64,000 nt of DNA from Eledone cirrhosa (GCA_964016885.1 OZ024742.1:357554001-357618000), one strand, 5' to 3'. Positions 27,745 to 41,319 are shown, counted from the stretch's first letter. Notes: generated by a model from the sequence alone, not told the origin. Translations and numbers: made by a program.

Positions 27745-30700
27745 AAGAAAAAAAGATGAAATCATAAATGCAACTGGAGTCTTATTTTAAAATAATATAT
27801 ATATTTATTCGGTTCCTTTACCGGTTTCGCAGTTCTTCTGCTTTTCAAAAGAAGAGTTGAGATGGAGGGTCTGTGGTTTTTCTCACATCTGGTTGGTCTC
27901 TGAATGTTACTTGTTTAATATGGAAAAAGTGGCTCGAAATTCCAGGTTTTTCGAGAAGTAATTTGATTGGTTGGTCAATAATTATAATACATTTCGCGCC
28001 AGTTCACGCTACAAAGTTCTTCAAACGAGGAGGGGTGTGTCTCAGGTTGTTTTTTCATATATGAGTGTTTAAATTTCTTTTTACTTAATAAAAGGGGGGG
28101 GGGGACTCACGAAGGTTTTTTTTTTAATAAACGTAATTTGATTGGTTATAAATGAAATTATGGCTGTCACGTGAACAAGTTTTCATTAAATTTTCGTGTC
28201 CTTATTTGGAAATCTATTCTGTAGCCTTTTTAGAGAATTTTATGAGAAGTAAAAGATAATGGTCAAGAGAAATTGGATGGGAGAATTGGTCTGGTTCAGT
28301 GAATATGGTTAGTTCGCTGGGGTGTCAGAATTAAGATTTTCTATTGAATAAAGAAAGTAAAGATATGTATGTTTATTTGTGTGCTTGTGTGTGTATGTGT
28401 GTGTATTGGAAGATGATTCTATTAGTAGAAATTGGGGAAGGAGTTGTGTGTGTGTGTGTATGTGTGTTATGTGTGTGTGTGCGTGTGGGAGTATGTTAAG
28501 ATGGAGAGAATATATATATTTTGCGTGTGTGTATATATGTGTGTAGGAATGTGATTCTATTAGTAGAAATGGGGGAGGGAGTAGTGTGTGTATGGGTGTT
28601 ATGTGTGTGGGAGTATGGTTAGCATGTTAGGATGAAGAGAATATATATATATTGTATGTGTGTGTGTAGGAAAATGATTCCTTTAGTAGGAATATTTTTG
28701 AATGAACATATTTTCCTTATTCGTATTTGTTCTGTTGTATTGTCAGTGCAAACGTATGCTAAGGTTTATTTAGTTCGGGTTTTTATTTTCTAAAGTAGAA
28801 GGTGTTATGTGTGTGTGTATGTGTCTGTTTGGATGGTTAGCATGTTATGGTGTTGACATAATGTATATTAAACCATATTTAATGCTGGTCTATATTTTTG
28901 AATAAACATATTTTCCTTATTTATTCGTAATTGTTCTGTTGTATTGTTAGCGCAAAGGTAAAATGGGAAGACTTGGAATTTGGGTGTCTTATTACTTGCG
29001 CATATGTCTAGATGAGCGCTTAGTGGTATCTGTCTCGTGGTTGGATCTCGTAATTGTTGGCGATGAACTGTCATTCTGTTTCTGAGTGTGAGTTTAGTTT
29101 GTCCTATATAATCTTCATTGCATCCTTTACATTTAATGGCATAAAGTAGATTTTTTGATGAGCAAGTGAAGTGATTTTTTACAGTAAAATTTTGTCCTGA
29201 TTTAAATGTATACGTGTTGCCTTCAATGAGGTGAGTGCAGGTTCCACAATTAGAGCGACCACATTTTTTGACAGTTGGTTGTGGGTTTGTGGTAGGTAAT
29301 TTGGCATTGGTGAGTAATGTTTTCAGTGATTTCGGTTGTCTTTTGCTTTTGATTATTTTGTGTGTTTCAAGGGCTTTTTTCATTCATGGGTTTTGTTTTA
29401 GTAGTGTGATGTTCTTGTGAATAATGTTGTAAACTTCCGCATTTCTTGGGTTGTGTGTTGAGATATATGATAGAATATTGGACGTACCTTGAATTTATTT
29501 CTGTTTTCGTAATTCATCAATGCCTATTGCTTTAGCCCTTTCTATTCCATTATTTATTAGTAATGGTGGGTACTCTCTTTTGAGTAGAATTCCTTTAATT
29601 CTTGAAGTCTTTTATTTCGCGTTTCATAATTGGAGAACATTGTGCAAATTCTTCTTGCTAGGTTAAAAGGAATGTTCGTCTTCCTGTGCATTGGATGGTT
29701 GGAGGTGCATAGCAGGTATTGTTTAAAATCTGTTGGTTTGTAGTGTATGTCAGTTTCAATATTTGTGTATTTTTTAAGATTAAGATGTCCAGAAATGGGA
29801 ATTGATCTTGGCTGTATTCCATTGTGAATTGGATGTGGTTATTGATGCCGTTTATTAAGTTTTTGAAATCCTTCAGTTGGTCGAGTGTGTGGGACCAAAG
29901 AATGAGACAATCATCCAAGTAGCGTTTCCAATTCTATGATAAATATTTGTGGAAGTTCAATTCGTATTTTGATTTGGACTGTTCATATATCTGGACTTCT
30001 AAGTATGCCATGACTAAGTTGGCATACGTTGGAGCGGCTTTTGTACCCATCTCAGTCCCCGATATTTGCTTGTAAGTACTGCTATCGAAATCAAAAAAGT
30101 TGTTCTGAAGATGAATTTTAATCCCTCGGTGATGAAGCTTTTTTCTATTCTGCCAGGTATCTCATTGGGATGTTTCTCTAGCCAGAATCCTATTGCTTCT
30201 AGTCCGTATTGGTGTGGGACCGTTGTGTAGAGATTCACTACACCGAAAGACACAATAATAGTGTCGTTGTTGACATGTTTGGGGAGGTGGTTTAAGAGGT
30301 CCAGATCGTCTCTTACAAGGCTTGGTATGTGTTTGAGAATTGGTTTTAATAGTATGTCTATAAAGTTGCTCAGTCTGTGTGTTTCATATTTGTGGGCCCA
30401 CTACAATTGGTCTTCATTTAAGGTCTGTGGGGTATTGTGTGTTCACGCAGGCTGAGGTGGATTGTTTACAGACATCGTTAATTATTTTATACTTGTGGAT
30501 CTTCGGAAGTCCGTAAAGGTTGCTGGTTTTGTATTCAAAATGTGTTAAATAATCGCGTTCCTTTTAAGTTTGGTCTTCCGGGTATCGATAAATCAGTGTG
30601 TTTAATCTGATCATTGTTTTTGATTGCTGGTAGTTTTTTACTCTTTCATAGTAATTATTATTTTGTAAGAGAGACAATATAGAACTTTTATATTTTACAG

Positions 30701-31632
30701 CCTGCATAATGACAACAGTTCTTCCTTTGTCCGCTTCTTTAATTATAATGTCCGTATTGTTTTTTAGTTCATGGATAATCTCCCATTCCCTTCGACTCGT
30801 GTTGAGTTTGGGTTTAGGTTGCGGTAGTTCATGGTATCGGAAAGTAGCTATGTGGTCACAGAATTTTTCCAGAGCTCTGTTTCTACCTTTTGTTGGGTTG
30901 CTTTTATTCCGTACAATTGATTCGTCGTTATTCTCCTTGTCAAAGAATTCCTCTGAGAGACGTAATTTTCTACAGAAGTGTGAGATATCGTCATTTATCT
31001 CATTGGGGTTAGAGTATTGTGGTGTTAGTGTGAATTTCAGTCCTTTGGAGAGAATATTTACTTTTGGGGCTGAGAGGTTTTTATTTGAAAGGTTGATTAA
31101 TTCGGTTTTTCAAAATCGTTTTATGCCACCGGGTGTCGTGGGTCCTGTAGCCTTGGTCTAAAAAATGATTTTTCGGGAATGTTTTTTCAATGGTATTATT
31201 ATATCTAATGGTATTTCCCCTGTTGTTGTGTGGTCTTGTATAGATGTTTCGGACGTATTGAGGTTCAGTTTGTTGATAGTCCGGGTTGTAGATTTTGTTC
31301 CTTTGTGTGGGTTGGAAATTTATTATAATTAGTGACCAACCAATCAAATTACTTCTCGAAAAGCCTGGCATTTCGAGCCACTTTCTCCATATAAAACAAG
31401 TAACAATTCAGAGACCAACCAGATGTCAGAAAAACCACAGACCCTCTATCTCAACTCTACTTTTGAAAAGCAGAAGAGCTGCGAAACCGGTAAAGGAACC
31501 AAATAAATATATATATATTTTTTAAAATAAGACTCCAGTTGCATTTTCGATTTCATCTTTTTTTCTTTATACTTTCACTCGTGTAGGACACCTCGGTTAT
31601 GTTTCATTTTGTTAAAAAATCCCTCACTTTCT
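27745..31632 (-). mobile_element. Decayed Penelope-like element (RT + Zn-linker + GIY-YIG) with an inverted pseudo-LTR
   Basis: LSKGLKFT, RYLDDCL, FPFLDI, CGRSNCGTC, LLYAIKC..YIGQT (28868-29383). 27745-27987 is inverted at 31320-31570. Confidence 0.93.
27814..27853 (-). ncRNA. Minimal type I hammerhead (U3-A8) in a PLE pLTR; second copy at 31458-31497 (+)
   Basis: TTCTT-TTGAAAA-GCAG aagaa CTGC-GAAA-CCGG-TA-AAGGA, with a palindromic CCGG stem III. Confidence 0.8.
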
Positions 31633-31645
31633 AATATATATATAT

Positions 31646-31782
<137 letters not shown>

Positions 31783-31800
31783 TATATATATATATAGGTT

Positions 31801-31872
<72 letters not shown>

Positions 31873-31874
31873 TA

Positions 31875-31924
<50 letters not shown>

Positions 31925-31954
31925 TATATATATATATATATATATATATAGGTA

Positions 31955-32007
<53 letters not shown>

Positions 32008-32011
<4 letters not shown>

Positions 32012-32193
32012 CGAAGGAAATGTGGTAAAGAAACAGGTGGACCATAACGCACCAAAGTACTCAATGCTTGAGGTAGTAGAGTGGGTAATAGGAACCAGTA
32101 AGACCCCGACAGCTGAGCTCAAGCCGTTTCGACGGCTAATTCAGAATTAGCCGTCGAAACGGCTTGAGCTCAGCTGTCGGGGTCTTACTGGTT

Positions 32194-32197
<4 letters not shown>
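32008..32197 (-). mobile_element. Short fold-back PLE-type fragment with half hammerhead
   Basis: Perfect inverted arms of about 54 bp centred near 32143; GAAA-CGGC..GCTG-TC-GGGGTC. Confidence 0.8.
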
Positions 32198-32286
<89 letters not shown>

Positions 32287-32312
32287 TTAGGTATATATAT
32301 ATATGTATATAT

Positions 32313-32421
<109 letters not shown>

Positions 32422-32443
32422 TATATAAATATATATATATATG

Positions 32444-32535
<92 letters not shown>

Positions 32536-32548
32536 TACATATATATAT

Positions 32549-33853
32549 ATCTTCATCAGGCAGTAACGGTCCACAGAATCAAAGGCCTTCCTAAAGTCAA
32601 TGAAAACCATGACCGCAGGAAGGCACTTTGCTCTAGCTCCCTCTAATATCCTCCTCAGCATCAGGATGTGACTGGTGGTTGATCTACCCTCTCTGAAAAC
32701 GTTCTGGTTGTCCCTGAGCTTCTTCTCCATCTCAGGCTGGATCCTGTTAAGAATCATCCTGTTGAGGGTCTCTGCCACAAGTGACGTCAGTGAGATCCCC
32801 CGGTAGTTGTTGGTGTCAGAGAGATCTCCCTTCTTTGGCACTGGGACGATGTTACTGATCCTCCACTGATTCGGGGCAACTCCTTTCTCTAGTGCCCCGT
32901 TACAGAACCCCAGGATGATATCATCAAAATCACACCTCTTCATCACCTCTGATGCCACTCCATCTTCTCCATGAGCCTTGCCCTCCTTGATCTTCTTCTT
33001 GGCTCTCTGAAGCTCCTCTCTGGTGAAGGGCTCTGTCTCAACATCCAGTTCCTCAAACAGCCGCCTGATCTCCCCAGTGCTCTGGGCTGTGGAGGGTGGC
33101 TCTCCTAGTAGGGTCATAAAATGGTCTAACCATTTCCTCTTCCTATCCTCGGGCCCCGTTCCCTGGATCTGACTCGAACACCTTTTCTTCCTCCCTGTGA
33201 TCTCGTTGATGATCATCCAGCTCTCCTTACATCCAGATCTGTCAACTGCTCTCTCCACACTTCTGATCTTCTCTATCAGTGCCTCCTCTCTGACCTCAGT
33301 GTAAGCGGTACAGAGCTCTTCCCTCATCACCTCCACAGTCTCCATCTTCTCCTCCGTAGGATCAGCATAGAATTGGTCCCTGGCAGCTTTCAGGTGTTCT
33401 CTGGCTGCACACACTTTTGGGTTTGCAGAGCTGACGTGCTTCCCTTTGTTCTTTTTCCTCGGCACCAGGGTTTCACTTGCTTTCGCCACTGCATTGGTGA
33501 AGTGCCCGTACCACCTCGTCACACTCTCCTCAGTCCATCCAATCTCTCTCTCCTCTGACTCTCCACACAGAGCACTAAAGCTGTATGGGAGCATCCCAAA
33601 AGTCAGCTCAAAAGTGACACAGAGGAGACTGAGGTTGGCTGGACATGCTCACCGACATCCAGAGTTGACATTGCACTCAGTGCTCCTTTGGGAGCCCCTA
33701 CATGGACACACTAGAAGAGGAAGACCAAGGTTAACATATGTTGATGCCCTAAGGACAGACACTGGTCTGTTGGAGATGCAGGATATGGCAGCGATAATGA
33801 GGGACAGAGACCGCTGGAGAGAACTCGTCCATGGATCTCGGGAATTTTACCCG

Positions 33854-33857
<4 letters not shown>
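32549..33857. pseudogene. RTE-like LINE with inversion (RT N-half on -, 3' end on +), in (TA)n
   Basis: Minus strand: [38 protein letters not shown]. Plus strand 33575-33857: [21 protein letters not shown]. Confidence 0.88.
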
Positions 33858-33884
<27 letters not shown>

Positions 33885-33888
33885 GATA

Positions 33889-33996
<108 letters not shown>

Positions 33997-34015
33997 TATA
34001 TATATATATTTATAC

Positions 34016-34098
<83 letters not shown>

Positions 34099-34100
34099 TA

Positions 34101-34142
<42 letters not shown>

Positions 34143-34144
34143 TA

Positions 34145-34210
<66 letters not shown>

Positions 34211-34250
34211 TATATATATATATTTATACATATATATATATATATATATA

Positions 34251-34992
34251 GAAAGATTTGAATGGATACAGTTTAGTTGAAAGGAATTTATTGACACGTG
34301 TTTCTGTAACAGTTACATAACCTAAAACAGCTATCTACAAACTTTTAGTTATGCAGACATTCAATATTTCAATGTTATTATTTACTGTCATTTCATCAGA
34401 ATAATATTACTGAGGACCTATTTAGTTTTTATAGAGAATATTAGGAGGGAGGGGTGAAGTTGTTAGAAGAATAGTTGAAGGAGTGGTTTTTCGATAGCAG
34501 TGAGAATTCTTGGTGGCAGTGAGTAATTAGATTCCCATCTGTTGTTTTGACATTTTTTATGGAATATATTATTGGTTATTTTTCTAAATCTATAGAAGGA
34601 TTAGAGATAGTAAAGATATGCGTGGTTGGTTTTGTGTTTGCACTTAACATTCAGACTTAAATTTTTCTTTCAAGTGTACGTATTCTTTCACCCACGCATT
34701 CACACAAATATATTTGCACACCTCTACAAAATACATATACTCATAATTCACATATTCATACTTACATACATATACACATGCATACACATATATATACACA
34801 CATGTATTCATGTACATACATACGCGCTCATGTGTATACATTTTCATACTCAACTTATCTTTATATATACACACGTATAGACACACACATATATACATAC
34901 ATACTCTAGTCCATGTGTACACACATACGCATACATACACATCCACATACACATACATACATACACATATATATATATATATATACATACAC

Positions 34993-35061
<69 letters not shown>

Positions 35062-35759
35062 CATATACCCACACACACACATATACACATACACACATAT
35101 ATATATATATATAAGCACTTTAATACATGAATACACTTACATCTAACTATAGGCATTCTTACTCAATAAAACACCAGAGCCAAAGAAATGTAACAACTTT
35201 AGCAGAAAAAGCTTGGACGCTCAGGGATAGCAATCAAAAGTTTACCCTAAAATGGGAGAAATTAGCTAAAACCCAAAGCTTTTCCAGGAGCCAAAATTTC
35301 TGCAAATTGTGTAATCTTGAGATTTATTACATAATCACACACAAGAAGAAACTGCTGAATAACAGAATTGAACGAACATTATTCTGCCGTCACAGAACTA
35401 AAACCCTTTTTTCCCACTACAAGCCGAATATTACATAAAAGAGGGACATCCCCCAACTATATAAACCTTAATCTAGTTAGAAAAATATAAAAACAATCTC
35501 TTCTCAACATATATTAATAACCTTAAATTACCATACTAATAATGAAAAGATATGCTGATGAGAATAGGTACAAATATGCGATAATGAATGTGTCTAAAAA
35601 CGTCCATAAGTATGTATATATATGTGAAAATGTATATAAATAAGTAAATATATATATATGTTTGATGTGTATAGTTAGATGTAAGTGTATTCATGTATTA
35701 AAGTGCTTATATATATATATATATGTGTGTATGTGTATATGTGTGTGTGTGGGTATATG

Positions 35760-35828
<69 letters not shown>

Positions 35829-36680
35829 GTGTATGTATATATATATATATATATGTGTATGTATGTATGTGTATGTGGATGTGTATGTATGCGTATGTGT
35901 GTACACATGGACTAGAGTATGTATGTATATATGTGTGTGTCTATACGTGTGTATATATAAAGATAAGTTGAGTATGAAAATGTATACACATGAGCGCGTA
36001 TGTATGTACATGAATACATGTGTGTATATATATGTGTATGCATGTGTATATGTATGTAAGTATGAATATGTGAATTATGAGTATATGTATTTTGTAGAGG
36101 TGTGCAAATATATTTGTGTGAATGCGTGGGTGAAAGAATACGTACACTTGAAAGAAAAATTTAAGTCTGAATGTTAAGTGCAAACACAAAACCAACCACG
36201 CATATCTTTACTATCTCTAATCCTTCTATAGATTTAGAAAAATAACCAATAATATATTCCATAAAAAATGTCAAAACAACAGATGGGAATCTAATTACTC
36301 ACTGCCACCAAGAATTCTCACTGCTATCGAAAAACCACTCCTTCAACTATTCTTCTAACAACTTCACCCCTCCCTCCTAATATTCTCTATAAAAACTAAA
36401 TAGGTCCTCAGTAATATTATTCTGATGAAATGACAGTAAATAATAACATTGAAATATTGAATGTCTGCATAACTAAAAGTTTGTAGATAGCTGTTTTAGG
36501 TTATGTAACTGTTACAGAAACACGTGTCAATAAATTCCTTTCAACTAAACTGTATCCATTCAAATCTTTCTATTTTTCTCCGGATTACTTTTGGAACTAC
36601 AACTGGAACCGTCGAGCAAACTCTACGTGAGCTGATAATCTACTGTGTGTAATATTTATATTACAACACAACGGAAAATA

Positions 36681-36684
<4 letters not shown>
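34251..36684 (+). mobile_element. 5'-truncated PLE: GIY-YIG C-terminal remnant, 3'UTR and a 900-bp inverted copy
   Basis: 35147-35438 encodes TLAEKAWTL..KWEKL..CKLCNLE..LLNNR..CRHR. 34251-35150 is the reverse complement of 35671-36570. Confidence 0.85.
36417..36533 (+). ncRNA. Type I hammerhead with canonical core and long stem II; mirror copy at 34288-34404 (-)
   Basis: TTATT-CTGATGA-aaTGACAGT...ACTGTTAca-GAAA-CACGTG-TC-AATAA. Confidence 0.82.
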
Positions 36685-36728
<44 letters not shown>

Positions 36729-36734
<6 letters not shown>

Positions 36735-37380
36735 ATACTTTGGGAGGGTCATGTTGCCAATAAGAAACACACGCACCAGTGTTTTCACTTCAATTTATTA
36801 TATATTTATAAATTTATAAATTTATAAATTTACAAATCTACAAACTTATAAATTTCTGGTTGGTTGGTTGGTTCCACAACCAGATAGTTGTTTATATATA
36901 TAGTCATAGTCCTTTCGTCAGACACTCTGTGACCTCTTCAGTGACTGGGGATTCCTTTCTTCGTTTCTGTGCCTTTCCTTTCTTCTATCCTACGCCATTT
37001 TGTTTCTGTGTGTGACACACACACAGTGTGTGTGACACACACAGAAACAAAATGGCGTAGGATAGAAGAAAGGAAAGGCACAGAAACGAAGAAAGGAATC
37101 CCCAGTCACTGAAGAGGTCACAGAGTGTCTGACGAAAGGACTATGACTATATATATAAACAACTATCTGGTTGTGGAACCAACCAACCAACCAGAAATTT
37201 ATAAGTTTGTAGATTTGTAAATTTATAAATTTATAAATTTATAAATATATAATAAATTGAAGTGAAAGCAACTGGTGCGTGTGTTTCTTATTGGCAACAT
37301 GACCCTCCCAAAGTATAACAATATCGGTTTCAACACACGATTTCAGATAAAGAATCTTGCTAAACAAATTCAGAAACGAA
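36729..37380 (+). mobile_element. PLE 3'-end fragment as a palindrome with arms of about 295 bp; HHR at 37104-37148 (+) and 36902-36946 (-)
   Basis: Inverted arms centred near 37025; AGTCA-CTGAAGA-G-GTCA..TGAC-GAAA-GGAC-TA-TGACT. The tail (atgaccctccc.aagtataacaata..acacacgatttca) is shared with 54605-54680. Confidence 0.85.
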
Positions 37381-37649
37381 ATATATATATATATATATAT
37401 ATTATATTATATTTAGAGTTGTAAACTCAAACAGTCTTTTACGATTAATTAGCTCAAAGAAAGAAGCATTTATGAGCCGTGAAATACAAGTCAATATAAA
37501 TTAATATATGATAAACACAAAAGTGTTTGTATTGTAAAAGACGAAGTTAGCTAGAATGAAATAAACTAATTCAAATAAAAATATAGATTGCCAATCTCGA
37601 TCTAATCTAATAAATCAATAATAGCAAGCCCATATTGGCAAATAGCCGT

Positions 37650-37786
37650 GGTACCTGAACAAATTTAAGTTTCAAAATCCAAACCTTTTCCGCAGATCAA
37701 TCTGAACTTAAAAATCCAAACAAGTTTCGCAAACGATAGTATAAAAAGTGAAATATTTCAATTCTCTGTGCTTATCAACAGGTACC
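37650..37786 (-). ncRNA. Type I hammerhead, U3-A8, long stem III, GUU site
   Basis: GGTACCTG-TTGATAA-GCA...TGC-GAAA-C...TTTAAGTT...AACTTAAA..G-TT-CAGGTACC, with a perfect 8-bp stem I. Confidence 0.75.
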
Positions 37787-38066
37787 CAGAAAAATTAGGA
37801 TACTTCACCTCGAAAATATTATGAAGGTCTGGTTACTAGCGCAAACGCACGAGGTATTTGCACGAGGTTTTCCAGCTCACTAGCTATGTCATATTCATGG
37901 CGCTAGAAATAACAGCCGTTTATATGGGATTAAAAATTAGATCAACAGTATGGAGCCGTAATAGTATATTATATTTAGAGTTGTAAACTCAAACAGTCTT
38001 TTACAATTAATTAGCTCAAAGAAAGAAGCATTTCTGAGCCGTGAAATACAAGTTAATATAAATTAA

Positions 38067-38250
38067 TTGTTTCTACTTTAGGCACAAGGCCAGCAATTAT
38101 CCAGTGCATTACTGGTACTTTATTTTATCGACCCCGTAAGGATGAAAGGCAAAGTCAACCTCGGCGGGATTTGAACTCAGATCGTAAAGGGACGTAACTA
38201 TGCTGGAAAGCATGGCGTCCGACCCTCTACCGATACTGCCAATCCACCGA
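38067..38250 (-). mobile_element. tRNA-derived SINE, family A
   Basis: Reverse complement of the 6349-6526 family. Confidence 0.85.
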
Positions 38251-38378
38251 TATGATAAACACAAAAGTGTTTATTTCATTTAGTTTATTTCATTTAGTTT
38301 ATTTCATTCTAGCTAACTTCGTATTTTACAATACAAACACTTTTGTGTTTATCATATATTAATTTATATTAACTTGTA

Positions 38379-38416
<38 letters not shown>

Positions 38417-38432
38417 GGTATATATATATATA

Positions 38433-38511
<79 letters not shown>

Positions 38512-38515
<4 letters not shown>

Positions 38516-40566
38516 ATATATCTACTAACATAAGCGCACAGATGTACGCTAATGCCAGCAAATACACAGGTTATGTCATAGTACCTAGGTGGTTCAATGC
38601 AGGAGGATGCAGAACAATAATATAAAAGACGTAAAATAAGAAAAATTTAAAAAAAAATTAAAAAAAATTAACTTACTTAAATTTTCACTCCAACTAATTA
38701 GTTTCTGCAATGGGATAAAGACAGTTACGTAATGAACTGTTGAGAATTTCATTGCGTCATCAGGGAGATCTATTCTCAGCCAAGTCTCCAGGCAATGCGC
38801 GGACACTGGGTACTCATATAAAAATAATAATAATTCGGTAAATGGAACAGCTATCGAGGACTGGATTCCAGGCACCGAAAATTCTCACTGCCACTGGTCA
38901 AATGGCCGATTCTAAAGAATCAATCACGTGACACAGAGGCTAGTCAGTAGGAATGGGATGGTAAGATGACAGACGCCTACTAACACCCCCAGACAAATTT
39001 AGAAGTGGTTTGGGCAGGTTTGCTCGACAAATCATTGATTTGGAGGTAAATATAGATAATTTAATATATCTACAAACATAAGCGCACAGATGTACGCTAA
39101 TGCCACTTCTAAATTTTTTGGGGGGTGTTAGTAGGCGTCTGTCATCTTACCATCCCATTCCTACTGACTAGCCTCTGTGTCACGTGATTGATTCTTTAGA
39201 ATCGGCCATTTGACCAGTGGCAGTGAGAATTTTCGGTGCCTGGAATCCAGTCCTCGATAGCTGTTCCATTTACCGAATTATTATTATTTTTATATGAGTC
39301 CCCAGTGTCCGCGCATTGCCTGGAGACTTGGCTGAGAATAGATCTCCCTGATGACGCAATGAAATTCTCAACAGTTCATTACGTAACTGTCTTTATCCCA
39401 TTGCAGAAACTAATTAGTTGGAGTGAAAATTTAAGTAAGTTAATTTTTTTTTAATTTTTTTAAACATTTTTCTTATTTTACGTCTTTTATATTATTGTTC
39501 TGCATCCTCCTGCATTGAACCACCTAGGTACTATGACATAACCTGTGTATTTGCTGGCATTAGCGTACATCTGTGCGCTTATGTTAGTAGATATATTAAA
39601 TTATCTATATTTATCTCCAAATCACTGATTTGTCGAGCAAACCTGCCAAAACCACTTATAAATTTTTTTGGGTGTGTTAGTAGGCATCTGTCATCTTACC
39701 ATCCCATTCCTACTGACTAGCCTCTGTGTCACGTGATTGATTCTTTAGAATCGGCCATTTGACCAGTGGCAGTGAGAATTTTCGGTGCCTGGAATCCAGT
39801 CCTCGATAGCTGTTCCATTTACCGAATTATTATTATTTTTATATGTGTCCCCAGTGTCCGCGCATTGCCTGGAGACTTGGCTGAGAATAGATCTCCCCGA
39901 TGACGCAATGAAATTCTCAACAGTTCATTACGTAACTGTCTTTATCCCATTGCAGAAACTAATTAGTTGGAGTGAAAATTTAAGTAAGTTAATTTTTTTT
40001 TTTTTTTTTTTTTTTTCTTATTTTACGTCTTTTAGATTATTGTTCTGCATCCTCCTGCATTGAACCACCTAGGTACTATGACATAACCTGTGTATTTGCT
40101 GGCATTAGCGTACATCTGTGCGCTTATGTTAGTAGATATATTAAATTATCTATATTTATCTCCAAATCACAGATTTGTCGAGCAAACCTGCCAAAACCAC
40201 TTCTAAATTTTTTTGGGTGTGTTAGTAGGCATCTGTCATCTTACCATCCCATTCCTACTGACTAGCCTCTGTGTCACGTGATTGATTCTTTAGAATCGGC
40301 TATTTGACCAGTGGCAGTGAGAATTTTCGGTGCCTGGAATCCAGTCCTCGATAGCTGTTCCATTTACCGAATTATTATTATTTTTATATGAGTCCCCAGT
40401 GTCCGCGCATTGCCTGGAGACTTGGCTGAGAATGGATCTCCCTGATGACGCAATGAAATTCTCAACAGTTCATTACGTAACTGTCTTTATCCCATTGCAG
40501 AAACTAATTAGTTGGAGTGAAAATTTAAGTAAATTTTTTTTTTTAATTTTCTTATTTTACGTCTTT

Positions 40567-40567
<1 letters not shown>
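38512..40567. mobile_element. Retrozyme-like array: about 1.1 units (-) joined to about 2.7 tandem units (+) of 545-549 bp
   Basis: Unit offsets of 549 and 545 (39236/39785/40330); 38512-39104 is in the reverse orientation. One HHR per unit. Confidence 0.9.
39344..39423 (+). ncRNA. Type I hammerhead with canonical core, extended stem II, palindromic stem III (copies about 38688-38767 -, 39893-39972 with U4C, 40438-40517)
   Basis: CTCC-CTGATGA-C-GCAATG...CATTGC-A-GAAA-CTAATTAG-TT-GGAG. Confidence 0.85.
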
Positions 40568-40599
<32 letters not shown>

Positions 40600-40604
<5 letters not shown>

Positions 40605-40930
40605 AACACACACAGAGAAACAATATGGCGTAGGACAGAACAAAGGACACGCACAAAAACAAAGAAAAGAATTCCAGTCAGTGAAGAGGTCACAGAAAGT
40701 GTGAGGAAAGAACTTTGACAATATATAAACAACCATCTGGTTGTGGAACCAACCAACCAACCGGAAATTTATAAATTCCTAAATGTATAAATTTATTATA
40801 ATAAATTGAAGTGAAACAACTGGTGCTTGTGTTTCTTATTGGCAACATGACCCTCCCAAATATAACAATATCGGTTTCAACACACGTTTTCAAATAAAGA
40901 ATCTTGCTAAAAAATTCAGAAACGAAATAC
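40600..40930 (+). mobile_element. Diverged copy of the 37030-37380 PLE 3' end with a mutated HHR
   Basis: agtca-GTGAAGA-ggtcac..GAAA-GAAC-TT-TGAC and the shared tail. Confidence 0.8.
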
Positions 40931-41034
40931 ATATATATACTTCTTACGTTAATTATTTTCCAATTTGACGTTATAGTCACTTATACATTATGAAATACTG
41001 TTGGCTTCACGCTCACAATAATTTCTATACTTTC

Positions 41035-41125
<91 letters not shown>

Positions 41126-41282
41126 AAAGAATAGAGGTGTAACACATAAGTTATTATATATTGGTAAACGGAATAGAAAATGCTGACAAATTGTTCACAG
41201 TTGAAAAATGGTTTAATTAGAAATACAATAGTATTAGTGATTGTATGGGTTAGTATTCAGTTGTGGTTTTAAGTTTTTAAGT

Positions 41283-41319
41283 TTTTACCGGTTGCGCATT
41301 TCTAAATGCTTTTCAAAAA
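41283..41319 (-). ncRNA. Minimal hammerhead-like motif with U3-A8 and GCAA in place of GAAA (copies 46145-46181, about 57626-57662)
   Basis: TTT-TTGAAAA-GCATT taga AATGC-GCAA-CCGG-TA-AAA; same layout as 27814-27853. Confidence 0.65.

Larger units (their letters stand above)
37403..38378 (-). mobile_element. Retrozyme-like module, 564-bp unit, second lap interrupted by a SINE, plus a short inverted copy
   Basis: 37403-37530 is repeated at +564 (split by SINE 38067-38250) and inverted at 38305-38378. HHR at 37650-37786. Confidence 0.8.

Noticed and set aside
35555-35600. CTGATGA motif in a PLE 3'UTR
   Set aside because: No stem II, GAAA or NUH arrangement follows.
39361-39390. Alternative HHR assignments using the first GAAA (39361) or GTAA (39383)
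   Set aside because: Neither gives a stem II that is conserved in the 56.7-kb relative. GAAA at 39406 gives all three stems plus covariation.
39236-40605. Repeated 72-93 aa ORF MPGIQSSIAVPF...
   Set aside because: GTG start, variable C-terminus, and not preserved in the 526-bp subfamily, where conservation follows RNA pairing instead.
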